Assembly (NCBI RefSeq): GCF_030384885.1
Contig: NZ_CP128613.1
DNA length: 64,000 nucleotides
Strand: one strand, 5' to 3'
DNA from: Escherichia coli
GTDB taxonomy: Bacteria > Pseudomonadota > Gammaproteobacteria > Enterobacterales > Enterobacteriaceae
Positions 20,256-31,298 of this stretch are shown in pieces. The notes under the pieces were generated by a model, which saw nothing but the letters and a program-made list of their open reading frames with translations, had not been told where the DNA came from and did not search any database. Positions within the stretch are counted from its first letter, which is position 1. Each line of letters begins with the position of its first letter. Position numbers and translations under genes: made by a program.

Positions 20256-21116
20256 TTACAGTCCCAGCAGGCCGCAAGCGTAACCAGCGATACCGATGAC
20301 GAAGAAGCCAACGATGATCCACAGCGGGTTAACTTTTTTGCGCAGCAGCCACATACAAGCAAAGGTCAGCAGCAGTGGTACCAGGCCCGGCATTAACTGG
20401 TCAAGAATAGTCTGGACAGTGGTAACGTGTTCTTTGCCCGTCTGGTCAGTAATGCGAGAGACAACCAGCGGGATGTTGACATGTGTCCACTTGTTAACCA
20501 ATGCCCCCATGACAAACAGGCCGAGAATAGACGCCCCTTCCGTCAGTTTTTGCAGGAAGCCGCCACCCATATCTTTAACGATATCGATACCTTTGGAGTA
20601 ACCATACGCTACGCCGTAGTAACGGGTTGCCAGACGCACCAGGTTAAACAGGATGAAGAACAGCAGCGGACCTAACAGGCTGCCGCTCATCGCGATACCG
20701 GCACCCAGCGCTGCAAATACCGGACGTACCGTTCCCCAGAAGATCGGGTCGCCCACACCAGCCAGCGGTCCCATCAAACCAACTTTGATACCGTTGATAG
20801 CACCGTCGTCGATCTCTGCGCCATTAGCACGCTGCTCTTCCAGCGCCAGGGTTACGCCGAGAATCGGCGCAGCCACGAACGGCTGGGTATTAAAGAACTC
20901 CAGGTGACGGCGAATAGCTTGTTTACGAGCTTCGTTGTTCTCAGGGTAGAGGCGACGAATTGCCGGTACCATAGAGAAGCAGAAGCCCAGTGCCTGCATA
21001 CGTTCGAAGTTCCATGAACCCTGGAAGAGGTTAGAACGCAGGAAGACGCCACGAATATCACTTTGAGTGAGTTTTTTCTCGGTGGTAGTTTGAGTTGTAT
21101 CAACCATTTCGCTCAC
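20256..21116 (-). CDS. manZ: Mannose PTS EIID component ManZ
   Basis: Product ...MVDTTQTTTEKKLTQSDIRGVFLRSNLFQGSWNFERMQALGF...; ORF gives 286 aa, true start may be the Met three codons in. Confidence 0.92.
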   Translation of the reverse strand: MSEMVDTTQTTTEKKLTQSDIRGVFLRSNLFQGSWNFERMQALGFCFSMVPAIRRLYPENNEARKQAIRRHLEFFNTQPFVAAPILGVTLALEEQRANGAEIDDGAINGIKVGLMGPLAGVGDPIFWGTVRPVFAALGAGIAMSGSLLGPLLFFILFNLVRLATRYYGVAYGYSKGIDIVKDMGGGFLQKLTEGASILGLFVMGALVNKWTHVNIPLVVSRITDQTGKEHVTTVQTILDQLMPGLVPLLLTFACMWLLRKKVNPLWIIVGFFVIGIAGYACGLLGL

Positions 21117-21119
21117 CTG

Positions 21120-21920
21120 TTAGTCCAGTTCGTTATCGAGATCGTTGTTACCAGCTGCCTGAGCAGGCGCACCGGCTACGCGGTTGTATTTCGGGCTAAG
21201 TTGGATGTAGAGCACTGCCATAACAGTACCAATCACACCCAGAGCAACCAGGTTAAAGTTGGTGAATGCTGCGGTTACGAAGCCGAGGTAGAAGAACGGC
21301 ATCAGGTAGCCAGCACGCATCATGTTGATAACCATCGCATAACCAACCACCACGATCATGCCACCGGCGATATTCAGACCATTGGTTACCACTTCCGGAA
21401 TCGCATTCAGCATGTTCTGTACTTCGCTGGTACCAACAGACAGCGCAACGATGACGGCTGGAATAGCCACACGCATTGCTTGCAGGAACAGAGAAGAAAC
21501 GTGGATCCAGGAAATCGCTGTCAGGTTGCCGTTATCTGCAGCCTTATCCGCAGCGTGCTGGAAAGCAACGGTAATAGTACGAACGATGATGGTCAGTACC
21601 TGACCTGCAGCAGCCAGAGGGATTGCCAGTGCGATACCCGCACCAATGCTCTGATGACCTGCGATAACCAGAATAGTAGAAATGATGGAAGCCAGAGCGG
21701 CGTCAGGCGCAACTGCAGCACCGATGTTCATCCAGCCCAGCGCGATCATTTCCAGCGTACCACCGATAATAATACCGGTTTTCATATCGCCAAGAACGAT
21801 ACCCACCAGGGTACACGCGATTAGCGGACGGTGAAACTGAAATTCATCGAGGATTGATCCCATACCTGCGATACAGGCTACGATAAATACCAGCACAATT
21901 TGAAGAGTGGTAATCTCCAT
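21120..21920 (-). CDS. manY: Mannose PTS EIIC component ManY
   Basis: 266-aa polytopic product MEITTLQIVLVFIVACIAGMGSILDEFQFHRPL... Confidence 0.93.
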   Translation of the reverse strand: MEITTLQIVLVFIVACIAGMGSILDEFQFHRPLIACTLVGIVLGDMKTGIIIGGTLEMIALGWMNIGAAVAPDAALASIISTILVIAGHQSIGAGIALAIPLAAAGQVLTIIVRTITVAFQHAADKAADNGNLTAISWIHVSSLFLQAMRVAIPAVIVALSVGTSEVQNMLNAIPEVVTNGLNIAGGMIVVVGYAMVINMMRAGYLMPFFYLGFVTAAFTNFNLVALGVIGTVMAVLYIQLSPKYNRVAGAPAQAAGNNDLDNELD

Positions 21921-21982
21921 TGTACTTCTCCTGTTTACGTAAGACTTAAGTGTGAAAACTGAGTGATAATCAACACAATACG

Positions 21983-22954
21983 TTACTTATCGATTTTGCT
22001 GATCAGATCCATCATTTTCAGTTTCGGATCGGTGGAAACCTTACGGACTTCCAGCTCAATACCGCGCGCATTCAGTTTCTTGAACGCCTCGATATCTTTT
22101 TCATCAACCGAAACCGCGTTATTCACCTGGGTTTTACCCTGACGGAATGCCATACCACCAACGTTAACAGAGGTGATTTTCACGCCGCCTTCAACGAGAC
22201 GCTCTACATCTGTAGGGTTGGTAAATAACAGCATTACGCGTTCGCCAGCATATTTCGGGTTGTTGTAGACGCGAATCATTTTGGCAACATCAACTACGTG
22301 TGCTGTTACGCCCGGAGGTGCAACCTGGGTGAGCAGTGTCTTACGAACGGTATCCGCAGCCACTTCATCACTAACAACAATAATACGGGAGACATTGGTT
22401 TCTTTGGTCCAACGGGTGGCGACCTGACCGTGAATCAGACGGTCGTCGATACGCGCAAGGCCAATAACCATGTAGTCGTTTGGTCCCATTGGTTTTGCCG
22501 GAGTTGGAGCCGCTTTTGGTGCTGCGGCAACGGGTGCTGGCGCGGCTTTTTCAACCGGTTTGGCTTTCAGTGCTTTCACGCCTTCACGGCCTGTTTCTAC
22601 TGCCAGCGCCACCAGTTCATCAAAGCTTGGGTCATCATCACGGGCCATTAACGTTTCCACGAGCATTGGAATGTTAACGCCTGCAATGACTTCATAATGC
22701 TCTTTGTCGACGACAATGCGGCTGGCAGCATTGAACGGGCTGCCTCCCCATGTATCAACGAGAAACAGCACGCCTTTAGTGGTGTCGAGTTTTGCCAACT
22801 GAGCGTTGTACTTTTCAATCAGCGTTTCGGCATTTTCACCTGGAACGAAATCGATCCAGCCGACGTTTTCCTGCTCGCCTAACAGCATTTCTGCCGTTTT
22901 AAGCAACTGCTCTGCAGCCCAACCATGTGTGCCTATAACAATAGCAATGGTCAC
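21983..22954 (-). CDS. manX: Mannose PTS EIIAB component ManX
   Basis: 323-aa product MTIAIVIGTHGWAAEQLLKTAEMLLGEQ... with Ala/Pro-rich hinge (KAKPVEKAAPAPVAAAPKAAPTPAKP) between IIA and IIB domains. Confidence 0.94.
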   Translation of the reverse strand: MTIAIVIGTHGWAAEQLLKTAEMLLGEQENVGWIDFVPGENAETLIEKYNAQLAKLDTTKGVLFLVDTWGGSPFNAASRIVVDKEHYEVIAGVNIPMLVETLMARDDDPSFDELVALAVETGREGVKALKAKPVEKAAPAPVAAAPKAAPTPAKPMGPNDYMVIGLARIDDRLIHGQVATRWTKETNVSRIIVVSDEVAADTVRKTLLTQVAPPGVTAHVVDVAKMIRVYNNPKYAGERVMLLFTNPTDVERLVEGGVKITSVNVGGMAFRQGKTQVNNAVSVDEKDIEAFKKLNARGIELEVRKVSTDPKLKMMDLISKIDK

Positions 22955-23180
22955 TTGCTACCTCCTTTATTATCGTTAACACCTCAACGTGCCAGATGTA
23001 TTTTTGAATCGTCGTCCACAATCGAATCGATTCAGATAAGGGCTACAACCAAAAACCCCTGCGTTTCGCGATTTATTTTAGATATCGAAAAAATTATTTT
23101 ATGTGATGAAGATCCGTAATTTAACTTTCGATTAGCAGAAATTTCGAAAGGTAAAATATCCTTGTCACATTCGTTTGCAA
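22955..23180 (-). promoter_or_regulatory. manXYZ promoter/operator region (CRP- and Mlc-controlled in E. coli); sites not individually resolved
   Basis: AT-rich 5' region upstream of manX containing TGTGA/TCACA-like half sites; assignment is by position and established regulation, not by a scored motif. Confidence 0.4.
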
Positions 23181-23416
23181 AGGAAGGTAAATCTTTGCCA
23201 AATCAGATGTGTCTCTGATATGTTTAACTCCCGTTTAACAACCATGGAGTATAGGGCAGTAGCCCGCAGTATGGATCGTCACCGACGTCATTTCAGCATC
23301 AGGCCTTTTAACGCCTGCCTTTCTGGCACTCTATGCCGCACCTTTCGTTTGCATTTTGTCGTTACGCCTGCATTATTTCTGGCGTCGAATAGCTATTCCT
23401 TAAGCAGGAGCTTGTC

Positions 23417-24973
23417 ATGGAATTCTTAATGGACCCCTCAATTTGGGCGGGGCTACTCACGCTTGTTGTTCTCGAAATTGTGCTGGGTATCGATAACCTG
23501 GTCTTCATCGCCATTCTTGCTGACAAACTGCCGCCAAAACAACGCGATAAAGCGCGTTTGCTGGGGTTATCACTGGCGCTGATTATGCGTCTGGGGCTGC
23601 TGTCGCTGATTTCATGGATGGTCACGCTGACCAAACCGCTATTTACCGTCATGGATTTCTCCTTCTCCGGACGCGACCTGATTATGTTGTTCGGGGGGAT
23701 ATTCTTGCTGTTCAAAGCAACAACCGAACTGCATGAACGGCTGGAAAACCGCGATCATGATTCCGGCCACGGTAAAGGCTACGCCAGTTTCTGGGTGGTC
23801 GTCACACAGATTGTCATCCTTGACGCCGTCTTCTCGTTGGATGCGGTAATTACTGCAGTAGGGATGGTTAACCATCTGCCGGTGATGATGGCGGCGGTAG
23901 TGATTGCGATGGCGGTTATGTTGCTGGCATCCAAACCGCTGACGCGATTCGTTAACCAGCACCCCACGGTGGTGGTGCTCTGTCTGAGCTTCCTGTTAAT
24001 GATTGGTCTGAGTCTGGTGGCAGAAGGTTTCGGTTTCCACATTCCGAAAGGTTACCTGTATGCCGCGATTGGCTTCTCGATCATCATCGAAGTGTTTAAC
24101 CAGATTGCGCGTCGCAACTTTATTCGCCACCAGTCGACTTTGCCGCTGCGAGCGCGTACTGCCGATGCCATCCTGCGTTTGATGGGCGGGAAACGTCAGG
24201 CCAATGTTCAGCACGATGCCGATAACCCGATGCCGATGCCGATCCCGGAAGGTGCATTTGCCGAAGAAGAACGTTACATGATTAACGGCGTACTGACGCT
24301 GGCGTCGCGTTCTCTGCGCGGGATCATGACGCCGCGCGGTGAAATAAGCTGGGTTGACGCTAATCTCGGGGTCGATGAAATCCGCGAGCAACTGCTCTCT
24401 TCACCGCACAGTCTGTTCCCGGTATGTCGCGGTGAACTGGATGAAATCATCGGTATTGTACGTGCTAAAGAACTGCTGGTGGCGCTGGAAGAGGGCGTTG
24501 ATGTGGCGGCGATTGCTTCGGCGTCTCCGGCGATTATCGTCCCGGAAACCCTCGATCCGATCAACCTGTTGGGCGTGCTGCGTCGTGCTCGCGGGAGCTT
24601 TGTTATCGTGACCAACGAGTTTGGTGTGGTACAAGGTCTGGTCACGCCGCTGGATGTGCTGGAAGCCATTGCGGGTGAATTCCCGGACGCTGACGAAACG
24701 CCGGAAATCATTACCGATGGTGACGGCTGGCTGGTAAAAGGCGGTACAGATTTGCATGCCTTGCAGCAGGCGCTTGATGTTGAGCACCTTGCCGATGACG
24801 ATGATATCGCGACGGTCGCGGGCCTCGTGATCTCGGCAAATGGTCACATTCCCCGTGTGGGCGATGTGATTGATGTAGGGCCACTGCATATCACCATCAT
24901 TGAAGCCAATGATTATCGTGTTGATCTGGTTCGCATTGTTAAAGAGCAACCGGCGCACGATGAAGATGAGTAA
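23417..24973 (+). CDS. yoaE: TerC-family membrane protein with CBS pair and CorC/HlyC domain, YoaE
   Basis: 518-aa product [35 protein letters not shown]... with TerC membrane region followed by CBS/CorC-type cytoplasmic domain. Confidence 0.9.
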
Positions 24974-24976
24974 GCG

Positions 24977-26575
24977 TTAACGTAACGGCATAACGGGCGT
25001 GATATGTCCATTATGCCGGGCGGGCGGCGGTTGGCTGCCCGCCAGCCATTTGGGAAAATCACGTAGCGGCATCGGCTGTGCGTACAAATACCCTTGCAAA
25101 ATATGCACGCCATGACGGCGCAAATACTTCGCCTGTTCTTGTGTTTCCACACCCTCCGCCACCAGTTCAATATTCAGTCTTTGCCCCAGTGCGATGATGA
25201 TATCGGTCACCGTCGAGTTAACCGCGTCAGAACCTATAGCTGCGGTAAATGACTTATCAATTTTCAGCACGTCAGGACGTAATGTTTCAAGCCAGGAAAA
25301 TGAACTGTTGCCGGTGCCGAAGTCATCAATCGCCAGTTTGACGTTTTTACGATGCAGCTCGCGGGCAATCCGATAATCAACATCCAGTAAGGCATCGCGT
25401 TCGGTGATTTCGAGGATCAGTTGCTGAATCGGGTGAGCGCTAAACCAGTACTGATTGAGATCTTTTATCAGCACACCACGGCGAAAATGGCTGGGTGCGA
25501 CGTTAATGCCAACATGAAACTGACTACTCATTGGGAAAACATGCCGCTGACGGATGGTTTCTGCCATCACATAGCGGGTCAGTGGCACAATTAAATGATG
25601 TTCTTCCGCGATAGGAATAAACACATCCGGTGAAATCCAGCCCTGACGTGGATTGTTCCAGCGCAGCAAAATCTCTACACCAATACATTGCTGGCTGCGC
25701 GCATTAAGCAAAGGCTGGCAGAACAATTCGAACTCATGTTGCGCCAGGCCCAGATTGATTTCACGGGAAAAACTCATCCGGTAAGCGGTCGCCAGCCAGG
25801 CGATATAGCCCACAAGTAAACTTAGCAGCACCGCCAGCGGTAATTGTGTTGGAAGATAGTGCCATGCCAGCGCCGTAGCCCCCGGACCATTAACGTTAAT
25901 GGTAAAAGGAAAGCGTTGCGAAGAAACATGATAGTTTTCATTGTCTTCAGGTTGCGGAAGGGAATCTACCAGCCCATTACCATAGAGCAAATGCCGATCG
26001 TCCACCGTCAGGCTGGCGCTACTGATTTGCGGCAGTTGTGGCTCAAGCAGCATTGCCGCCAGTAAGTCGATGTTGATCATCTCCATGACCCCAGCATTGC
26101 TACTGCCCGCTGCAGGCGTCCATTGAATCAAAACCGGACTGCCTTTAATCAGGGCATGGTCGGTCGTCAGTCGTAAAAGTGGTTGCGGTGCAGGAAGTTC
26201 AGCCAGAATGTCCACGACGGGCACATTGCGATAACCAAAAATGCTGGAGCAATAAAGTGTGCCGTCTTGCACCAGGCCAATGGATCGCACAGTTTGGAGT
26301 TTTGCCGCCTGTTTACGTAATGGCAAATGGGCGACAGAGCAGGGCAGACCAATTAGCGGAAGTAAGACTTCGCTACCTGCCTGTAGGGGAAGCAGTACTT
26401 TATCTAATTCCTCTACAGCGTGATTGGCGAATTGTACTACCCGTTGTTGATTTAAGTTACGCTGTGAAATAAATCGCACGCTCAGGGTCGAAGCGAGCGT
26501 AACGAGTGCGCAAATCGTACAAACAATCATTCGATTACGGCGATAGGTTTTAATGATCCGTTGTGCTTTTTGCAT
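24977..26575 (-). CDS. pdeD: CSS-domain c-di-GMP phosphodiesterase PdeD (YoaD)
   Basis: 532-aa product MQKAQRIIKTYRRNRMIVCTICALVTL... with periplasmic CSS motif (YCSSIFGY) and C-terminal EAL domain; convergent with yoaE (3-nt gap). Confidence 0.88.
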   Translation of the reverse strand: MQKAQRIIKTYRRNRMIVCTICALVTLASTLSVRFISQRNLNQQRVVQFANHAVEELDKVLLPLQAGSEVLLPLIGLPCSVAHLPLRKQAAKLQTVRSIGLVQDGTLYCSSIFGYRNVPVVDILAELPAPQPLLRLTTDHALIKGSPVLIQWTPAAGSSNAGVMEMINIDLLAAMLLEPQLPQISSASLTVDDRHLLYGNGLVDSLPQPEDNENYHVSSQRFPFTINVNGPGATALAWHYLPTQLPLAVLLSLLVGYIAWLATAYRMSFSREINLGLAQHEFELFCQPLLNARSQQCIGVEILLRWNNPRQGWISPDVFIPIAEEHHLIVPLTRYVMAETIRQRHVFPMSSQFHVGINVAPSHFRRGVLIKDLNQYWFSAHPIQQLILEITERDALLDVDYRIARELHRKNVKLAIDDFGTGNSSFSWLETLRPDVLKIDKSFTAAIGSDAVNSTVTDIIIALGQRLNIELVAEGVETQEQAKYLRRHGVHILQGYLYAQPMPLRDFPKWLAGSQPPPARHNGHITPVMPLR

Positions 26576-26705
26576 GCGGGCCACCCTGTAAGCGTATGGC
26601 GACAAACGCCTGACGCAACAGTGGAAGTGTAGTGGGGAAAATTACAGCAGACGAGAAAGCGGGGATAAATTCGCCCATCCGTTGCAGATGGGCGAGGATA
26701 AAGTA

Positions 26706-28070
26706 TTAGTCACACTGGACTTTAATTGCCAGACCACCACGAGACGTTTCGCGGTACTTGGCGTTCATGTCTTTACCGGTTTCGTACATCGTTTCGATGA
26801 CTTTATCCAGCGAGACGCGCGGCGCACTGGTGCGACGCAGGGCCATCCGCGCGGCGTTAATCGCCTTGACTGACGCAATGGCGTTACGTTCAATGCACGG
26901 CACCTGAACTTGCCCTGCAACAGGGTCACAGGTCAGACCGAGGTTGTGCTCCATGCCAATTTCCGCTGCCACACAAACCTGTTCCGGGCTACCGCCCAAC
27001 AGCTCGGCAAGGCCCGCAGCAGCCATTGAACAGGCAACACCCACTTCGCCCTGGCAACCGACTTCCGCACCGGAAATAGAGGCGTTCATTTTATACAGTG
27101 CACCAATCGCGCCCGCAGCCATAAAGTAACGGGTATAGATGTCCGGGCTAACCGATTCAATAAAGTGGTCATAATAAGCCAGCACTGCCGGAACAATGCC
27201 ACAAGCACCGTTGGTTGGCGCAGTGACCACACGACCACCGGCGGCGTTTTCTTCGTTAACTGCCAGCGCAAACATGTTTACCCAGTCAATGACATTCATC
27301 GGATCGTTAGACAGTTTATCGCTGGAAACCAGCATCCGGCGCAGGGCCGACGCACGACGCGGCACGCGCAGCGGGCCTGGCAGTACGCCTTCGGTGTTCA
27401 TCCCGCGATCGATACATGCCTGCATGGTTTGCCAGACATGCGCGAAATACTCGTCGATCTCTTTCTTGCTGTGCAGCGCCAGTTCGTTCTGCATAGCGAG
27501 ACCAGACAGCGAATAGCCGGTTTCATTACAGTACGCGAGCAGTTCGGTGGCAGATTTGAACGGATACGGCACGCTCACTTCGTTGGCGGCATCCTGACCA
27601 AAGTGTTCTTCATCGACGATAAAACCGCCGCCGATGGAATAATAAGTTTTGCTGTAGACGACTTCATCGCCGTTATAGGCGTGGATTTGCATACCGTTTT
27701 CATGCAGCGGCAGGTTGCCGTTATGAAAACGCATCCCGTTGTCGCGCGGGAAATCCACTTCATGCCGTCCCTGTGCCAGCAGCAGACGTTCGCGCTCTTC
27801 TACGTCGCGAATAAAACCGGGAATACTGTCGATATCCACGGTGGCAGGTTCGTTACCTGCAAGACCCATAATAATGGCGATATCGGTGTGGTGGCCTTTA
27901 CCCGTCAGCGACAGTGAACCATAAACGTCCACGGCAACGCGAGTAACGCTATCCAGTAAGCCTTTTTCGACCAGATCATCGACGAACTGTTTACCCGCCT
28001 TCATAGGCCCTACGGTATGGGAAGATGAGGGACCAATCCCCACCTTAAACATGTCGAATAGACTAATCAC
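26706..28070 (-). CDS. sdaA: L-serine dehydratase 1 (Fe-S)
   Basis: 454-aa product [29 protein letters not shown]... characteristic of Fe-S L-serine deaminases. Confidence 0.94.
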   Translation of the reverse strand: MISLFDMFKVGIGPSSSHTVGPMKAGKQFVDDLVEKGLLDSVTRVAVDVYGSLSLTGKGHHTDIAIIMGLAGNEPATVDIDSIPGFIRDVEERERLLLAQGRHEVDFPRDNGMRFHNGNLPLHENGMQIHAYNGDEVVYSKTYYSIGGGFIVDEEHFGQDAANEVSVPYPFKSATELLAYCNETGYSLSGLAMQNELALHSKKEIDEYFAHVWQTMQACIDRGMNTEGVLPGPLRVPRRASALRRMLVSSDKLSNDPMNVIDWVNMFALAVNEENAAGGRVVTAPTNGACGIVPAVLAYYDHFIESVSPDIYTRYFMAAGAIGALYKMNASISGAEVGCQGEVGVACSMAAAGLAELLGGSPEQVCVAAEIGMEHNLGLTCDPVAGQVQVPCIERNAIASVKAINAARMALRRTSAPRVSLDKVIETMYETGKDMNAKYRETSRGGLAIKVQCD

Positions 28071-28253
28071 GATAATACTCCTGACAAGGTGACTGGACTT
28101 CCAGTAACGAACGAATAACAGCGCATAGTGTAAGAGGGAACGCGGCGACTGGCTTAACTATTCACATGAATTAAACTAATCAAAAACCGCGATTTAACTA
28201 ATATTGCGATGATTGTCTCAAGTAGTGTTTTGTAGATGTAAAGATAAGTATAG

Positions 28254-28832
28254 TCAGGGTTTCACACCAATTTGCAGCGCCAGCTCACGAATTATGCCTG
28301 CGGTCATTCCCCATACAAAATACTGTTCATACCAGGACAGCCATACCCGATGTGAATCGCCACGGCGGTAGATATCTAAAGGGTGATAACGACCCAGATG
28401 TAATGCCTGGGCGAGCGGCATTTCAAACACAGCGGAGACTTCATCTTCACTGGCGCGATACGGTAGATCGGGCGGGATAATGCCGACCACCGGGGTTACC
28501 TGGTAGCCAGTTACGCTATCGACGGGCGGCAGCACGCCGATAACTTCAACGGCGGAAGGCGGTATAGCGACCTCTTCTTCAGCTTCGCGCAGCGCAGCGG
28601 CGATAACTGACGCGTCCGTATCATCGACTGCACCTCCAGGGAATGCCACTTGTCCGGCGTGTTTACGCAGATGAATCGAACGCTGAGTCAGCAACAACCC
28701 CGGTTGCGGTCGGCGGACGATGGGGATTAACACGGCAGCCTGACGATGATTTAGGGTTTCCCGGTTAATTTGCGGGCGCAAAAGTTGAAAACGCGATAAA
28801 AAATCATCAAGCGTCAGGCTACGGTATTCCAC
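28254..28832 (-). CDS. nudL: Nudix hydrolase NudL (CoA pyrophosphatase-like)
   Basis: 192-aa product with Nudix box ([25 protein letters not shown]). Confidence 0.9.
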
Positions 28833-28835
28833 GTC

Positions 28836-30197
28836 TTACTTCTCCAGTTGGCGTAATATCTTATTAACTTTATCAAAAGTTTCCTGATATTCCGCTTCTT
28901 CCTGGCTATCGGCGACAATTCCACCGCCCGCAGAGCAGTATATTTGTCCGTTAATGGCAGTCAGCGTGCGGATAGTAATGCTGGTATCCATGTTGCCGCA
29001 AAAGCTCAAATAGCCAATGCTGCCGCACCAGGCATTGCGTCGCTGCGGTTCCAGTTCGTCGATAATTTCCATAGCCCGTACTTTCGGTGCTCCAGTTATT
29101 GAGCCACCAGGAAAAGCTGCGCGCAGCAGATCGCTGGTGTGTAACTGTTCTGGTAGTTGCGCCGTTATGGTGCTGACCAGATGATGCACGGCAGGGAAGG
29201 GTTCCACCACGAACAGCTCTGGTACTTTTACCGAACCTGCTACGGCAACACGACCGATATCATTACGCATTAAATCGACAATCATCAGATTTTCGGCACG
29301 ATCTTTCGCTGAGTTCGCCAGTTTTTCTGCTTGTTTGCTATCTTCCTGAGGATCGGGCAGGCGTGGTAGCGTGCCTTTAATCGGGCGGGTCTGGATTTCA
29401 CTATTATCACAAAGAATAAACCGCTCTGGCGAAAGGCTTAAAATCGCGCCCTGTTCAAGACGTAAAAAAGCGCTAAATGGCGCGCGGTTGGCCTGATTAA
29501 GCTGAAGGAATGCCTGCCATTCATCGCCAGAATAGGTCGCATGGAAACGCTGGGCGAGATTCACCTGATAGCAATCACCGCTGTGCAGATATTCCTGTAC
29601 CTGGCGAAATTTTTCGCCGTACAGCTCGCGGGTCATATTGGATTGCCAGTCGGAAGTGAGCGTGAAATCTTCCTGCGGCGAGAATTGCTGGCTTTCCAGC
29701 CAGGCCCGACGGGCATTGACATCATTATGACTCAGCAAAGAAACTGTTTGACGCTGGTGGTCGACAATGAGCGCCCAGTCGTAGATACCCACAGCCATAT
29801 CCGGCAGAACGATATCTTGCTGCGCAATTTCTGGCAGTGACTCAAAACGGCGGCCCAGATCGTAGCCAAACAACCCCAGCGCGCCGCCCTGAAATGGCAA
29901 ATCTTCGTTATGCGCTGGGCGAATGTCTGCGCGATCCAGCACCTGCTGGAGCACCTGTAGCGGGTCATCAGTGGTCGTTGTGCGTTTTTCGCTTTCACTA
30001 ACAACGGTTTCTTTACCGAAAGTGGTTAAAGTGCAAATCGGCTCGGCGACCACAATATCAAAGCGGCTATATGGATGATCGGCATAGCCGGAGTGTAAAA
30101 GCATCGCCCACGGCAGGTGACTTAAGCGGGAGAAATAAAATTCAGCGGCGTCCTGACGCCAGGGTAAAGTAATCACAGCGGGAGATAACGTCTTCAT
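28836..30197 (-). CDS. pabB: Aminodeoxychorismate synthase component I PabB
   Basis: 453-aa product MKTLSPAVITLPWRQDAAEFYFSRLSHLPWAMLLHSG... chorismate-binding enzyme fold; stop 3 nt before nudL start. Confidence 0.94.
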   Translation of the reverse strand: MKTLSPAVITLPWRQDAAEFYFSRLSHLPWAMLLHSGYADHPYSRFDIVVAEPICTLTTFGKETVVSESEKRTTTTDDPLQVLQQVLDRADIRPAHNEDLPFQGGALGLFGYDLGRRFESLPEIAQQDIVLPDMAVGIYDWALIVDHQRQTVSLLSHNDVNARRAWLESQQFSPQEDFTLTSDWQSNMTRELYGEKFRQVQEYLHSGDCYQVNLAQRFHATYSGDEWQAFLQLNQANRAPFSAFLRLEQGAILSLSPERFILCDNSEIQTRPIKGTLPRLPDPQEDSKQAEKLANSAKDRAENLMIVDLMRNDIGRVAVAGSVKVPELFVVEPFPAVHHLVSTITAQLPEQLHTSDLLRAAFPGGSITGAPKVRAMEIIDELEPQRRNAWCGSIGYLSFCGNMDTSITIRTLTAINGQIYCSAGGGIVADSQEEAEYQETFDKVNKILRQLEK

Positions 30198-30270
30198 CAG
30201 TCCTGACTCTACTGGCTATGTGCCGGGTAGCATGAAATAATTAGCGCCAACAATTTAGCAGGAGTTAACA

Positions 30271-30450
30271 ATGTTTGCAGGTTTACCTTCACTCACCCAT
30301 GAACAGCAGCAAAAAGCCGTCGAGCGGATCCAGGAACTGATGGCACAAGGGATGAGCAGCGGCCAGGCAATCGCGTTGGTGGCAGAAGAGCTGCGTGCCA
30401 ACCATTCCGGCGAGCGAATCGTGGCGCGTTTTGAGGATGAAGACGAGTAA
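30271..30450 (+). CDS. yoaH: UPF0181 small protein YoaH (59 aa)
   Basis: ATG ORF (below track threshold) giving [59 protein letters not shown]; GGAG RBS upstream; divergent from pabB. Confidence 0.85.
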
Positions 30451-30456
30451 CACAAA

Positions 30457-30909
30457 ATGATCCGTATCGATTTCGTCACGGATGACGCCCTGTATCTTGA
30501 TACGGATAGCCTCATCGGCTGGGATTTTTCCGGCATGAACTTACATCGTGCCATTTTTGACGGTATGTGCCTGGACGGCGCGCGGTTTAATCATGCGCAT
30601 CTGCGTAATATCAGTTTTATCAACGCGTCCCTGATTGGGGCCGACCTCTCGTCCAGCGCACTGATGTGTGCCTGGTTAAACAGCGCCGATCTGACCAATT
30701 GTAATTTTGCTCAGTCACGACCCATTGATGCTGATTTTAGGCATGCACGACTTTGTGGGGCAGATTTTACCGACACCGATTTAAGAGGTGCTAATTTTTC
30801 ATCGACACATCTTCAGAATGTTTGTTTTAACGGGGCGCATTATGACAAACGAACTGTCTGGCCCGCAGAGTTTTATCCAAGGATTAACGGGGCTGTGTTG
30901 GTTGATTGA
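30457..30909 (+). CDS. Pentapeptide-repeat protein (Qnr/MfpA/McbG-like beta-helix), identity not recognised at this locus
   Basis: 150-aa ORF; residues ~22-131 are ~22 tandem 5-residue units (WDFSG MNLHR AIFDG MCLDG ARFNH AHLRN ISFIN ASLIG ADLSS SALMC AWLNS ADLTN CNFAQ ...) with F/L at the central position; ATG lies 6 nt after the yoaH stop and in the same frame; no strong SD. Confidence 0.65.
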   Translation: MIRIDFVTDDALYLDTDSLIGWDFSGMNLHRAIFDGMCLDGARFNHAHLRNISFINASLIGADLSSSALMCAWLNSADLTNCNFAQSRPIDADFRHARLCGADFTDTDLRGANFSSTHLQNVCFNGAHYDKRTVWPAEFYPRINGAVLVD

Positions 30910-30998
30910 ATTTGGCGGGGTTTATGATGGCAAGAAAAAGACGCTTTTATGTGGTCAACAAAAGCGCCCTGGTCAATTTTTGCTGATAGAGAATTAAC

Positions 30999-31298
30999 TC
31001 AAACCAGTGCTTTGAGTTCTTCCTGCATGTACGACGAAAAGTATTCTGGGTTTTTAATCACAATACGTTCACCAGACTCCATTTTTTTTGCCCATCCCAC
31101 CATTTTTTCCGTGAATCCAGGATTCCAGCCTTCCTGATCGGCTCGCGCAGTAATATCGGCGGAACTGGCGGGTACACCCAGGTCATGCAAATATTTAAAT
31201 ATTCCCTTCGCCGTACTTTCATTCATAGAACTTGGTGTTGATGCTGATACATCCATGGCACCAATAAAATCCAGAGCTTTATCTATTACTGCAGGCAT
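30999..31298 (-). CDS. yoaC: DUF1889 protein YoaC
   Basis: 99-aa product MPAVIDKALDFIGAMDVSASTPSSMNESTAKGIFKYLHDLG... from internal Met of ORF 30999..31322. Confidence 0.8.
   Translation of the reverse strand: MPAVIDKALDFIGAMDVSASTPSSMNESTAKGIFKYLHDLGVPASSADITARADQEGWNPGFTEKMVGWAKKMESGERIVIKNPEYFSSYMQEELKALV

Noticed and set aside
21063-21824. 253-aa plus-strand ORF antisense to manY/manZ
   Set aside because: Fully embedded antisense to a recognised membrane-protein gene; Cys/His/Asn-rich low-complexity translation; no start context.
27165-27917. 250-aa plus-strand ORF antisense to sdaA
   Set aside because: Embedded antisense to sdaA; no recognisable domain; typical shadow ORF.
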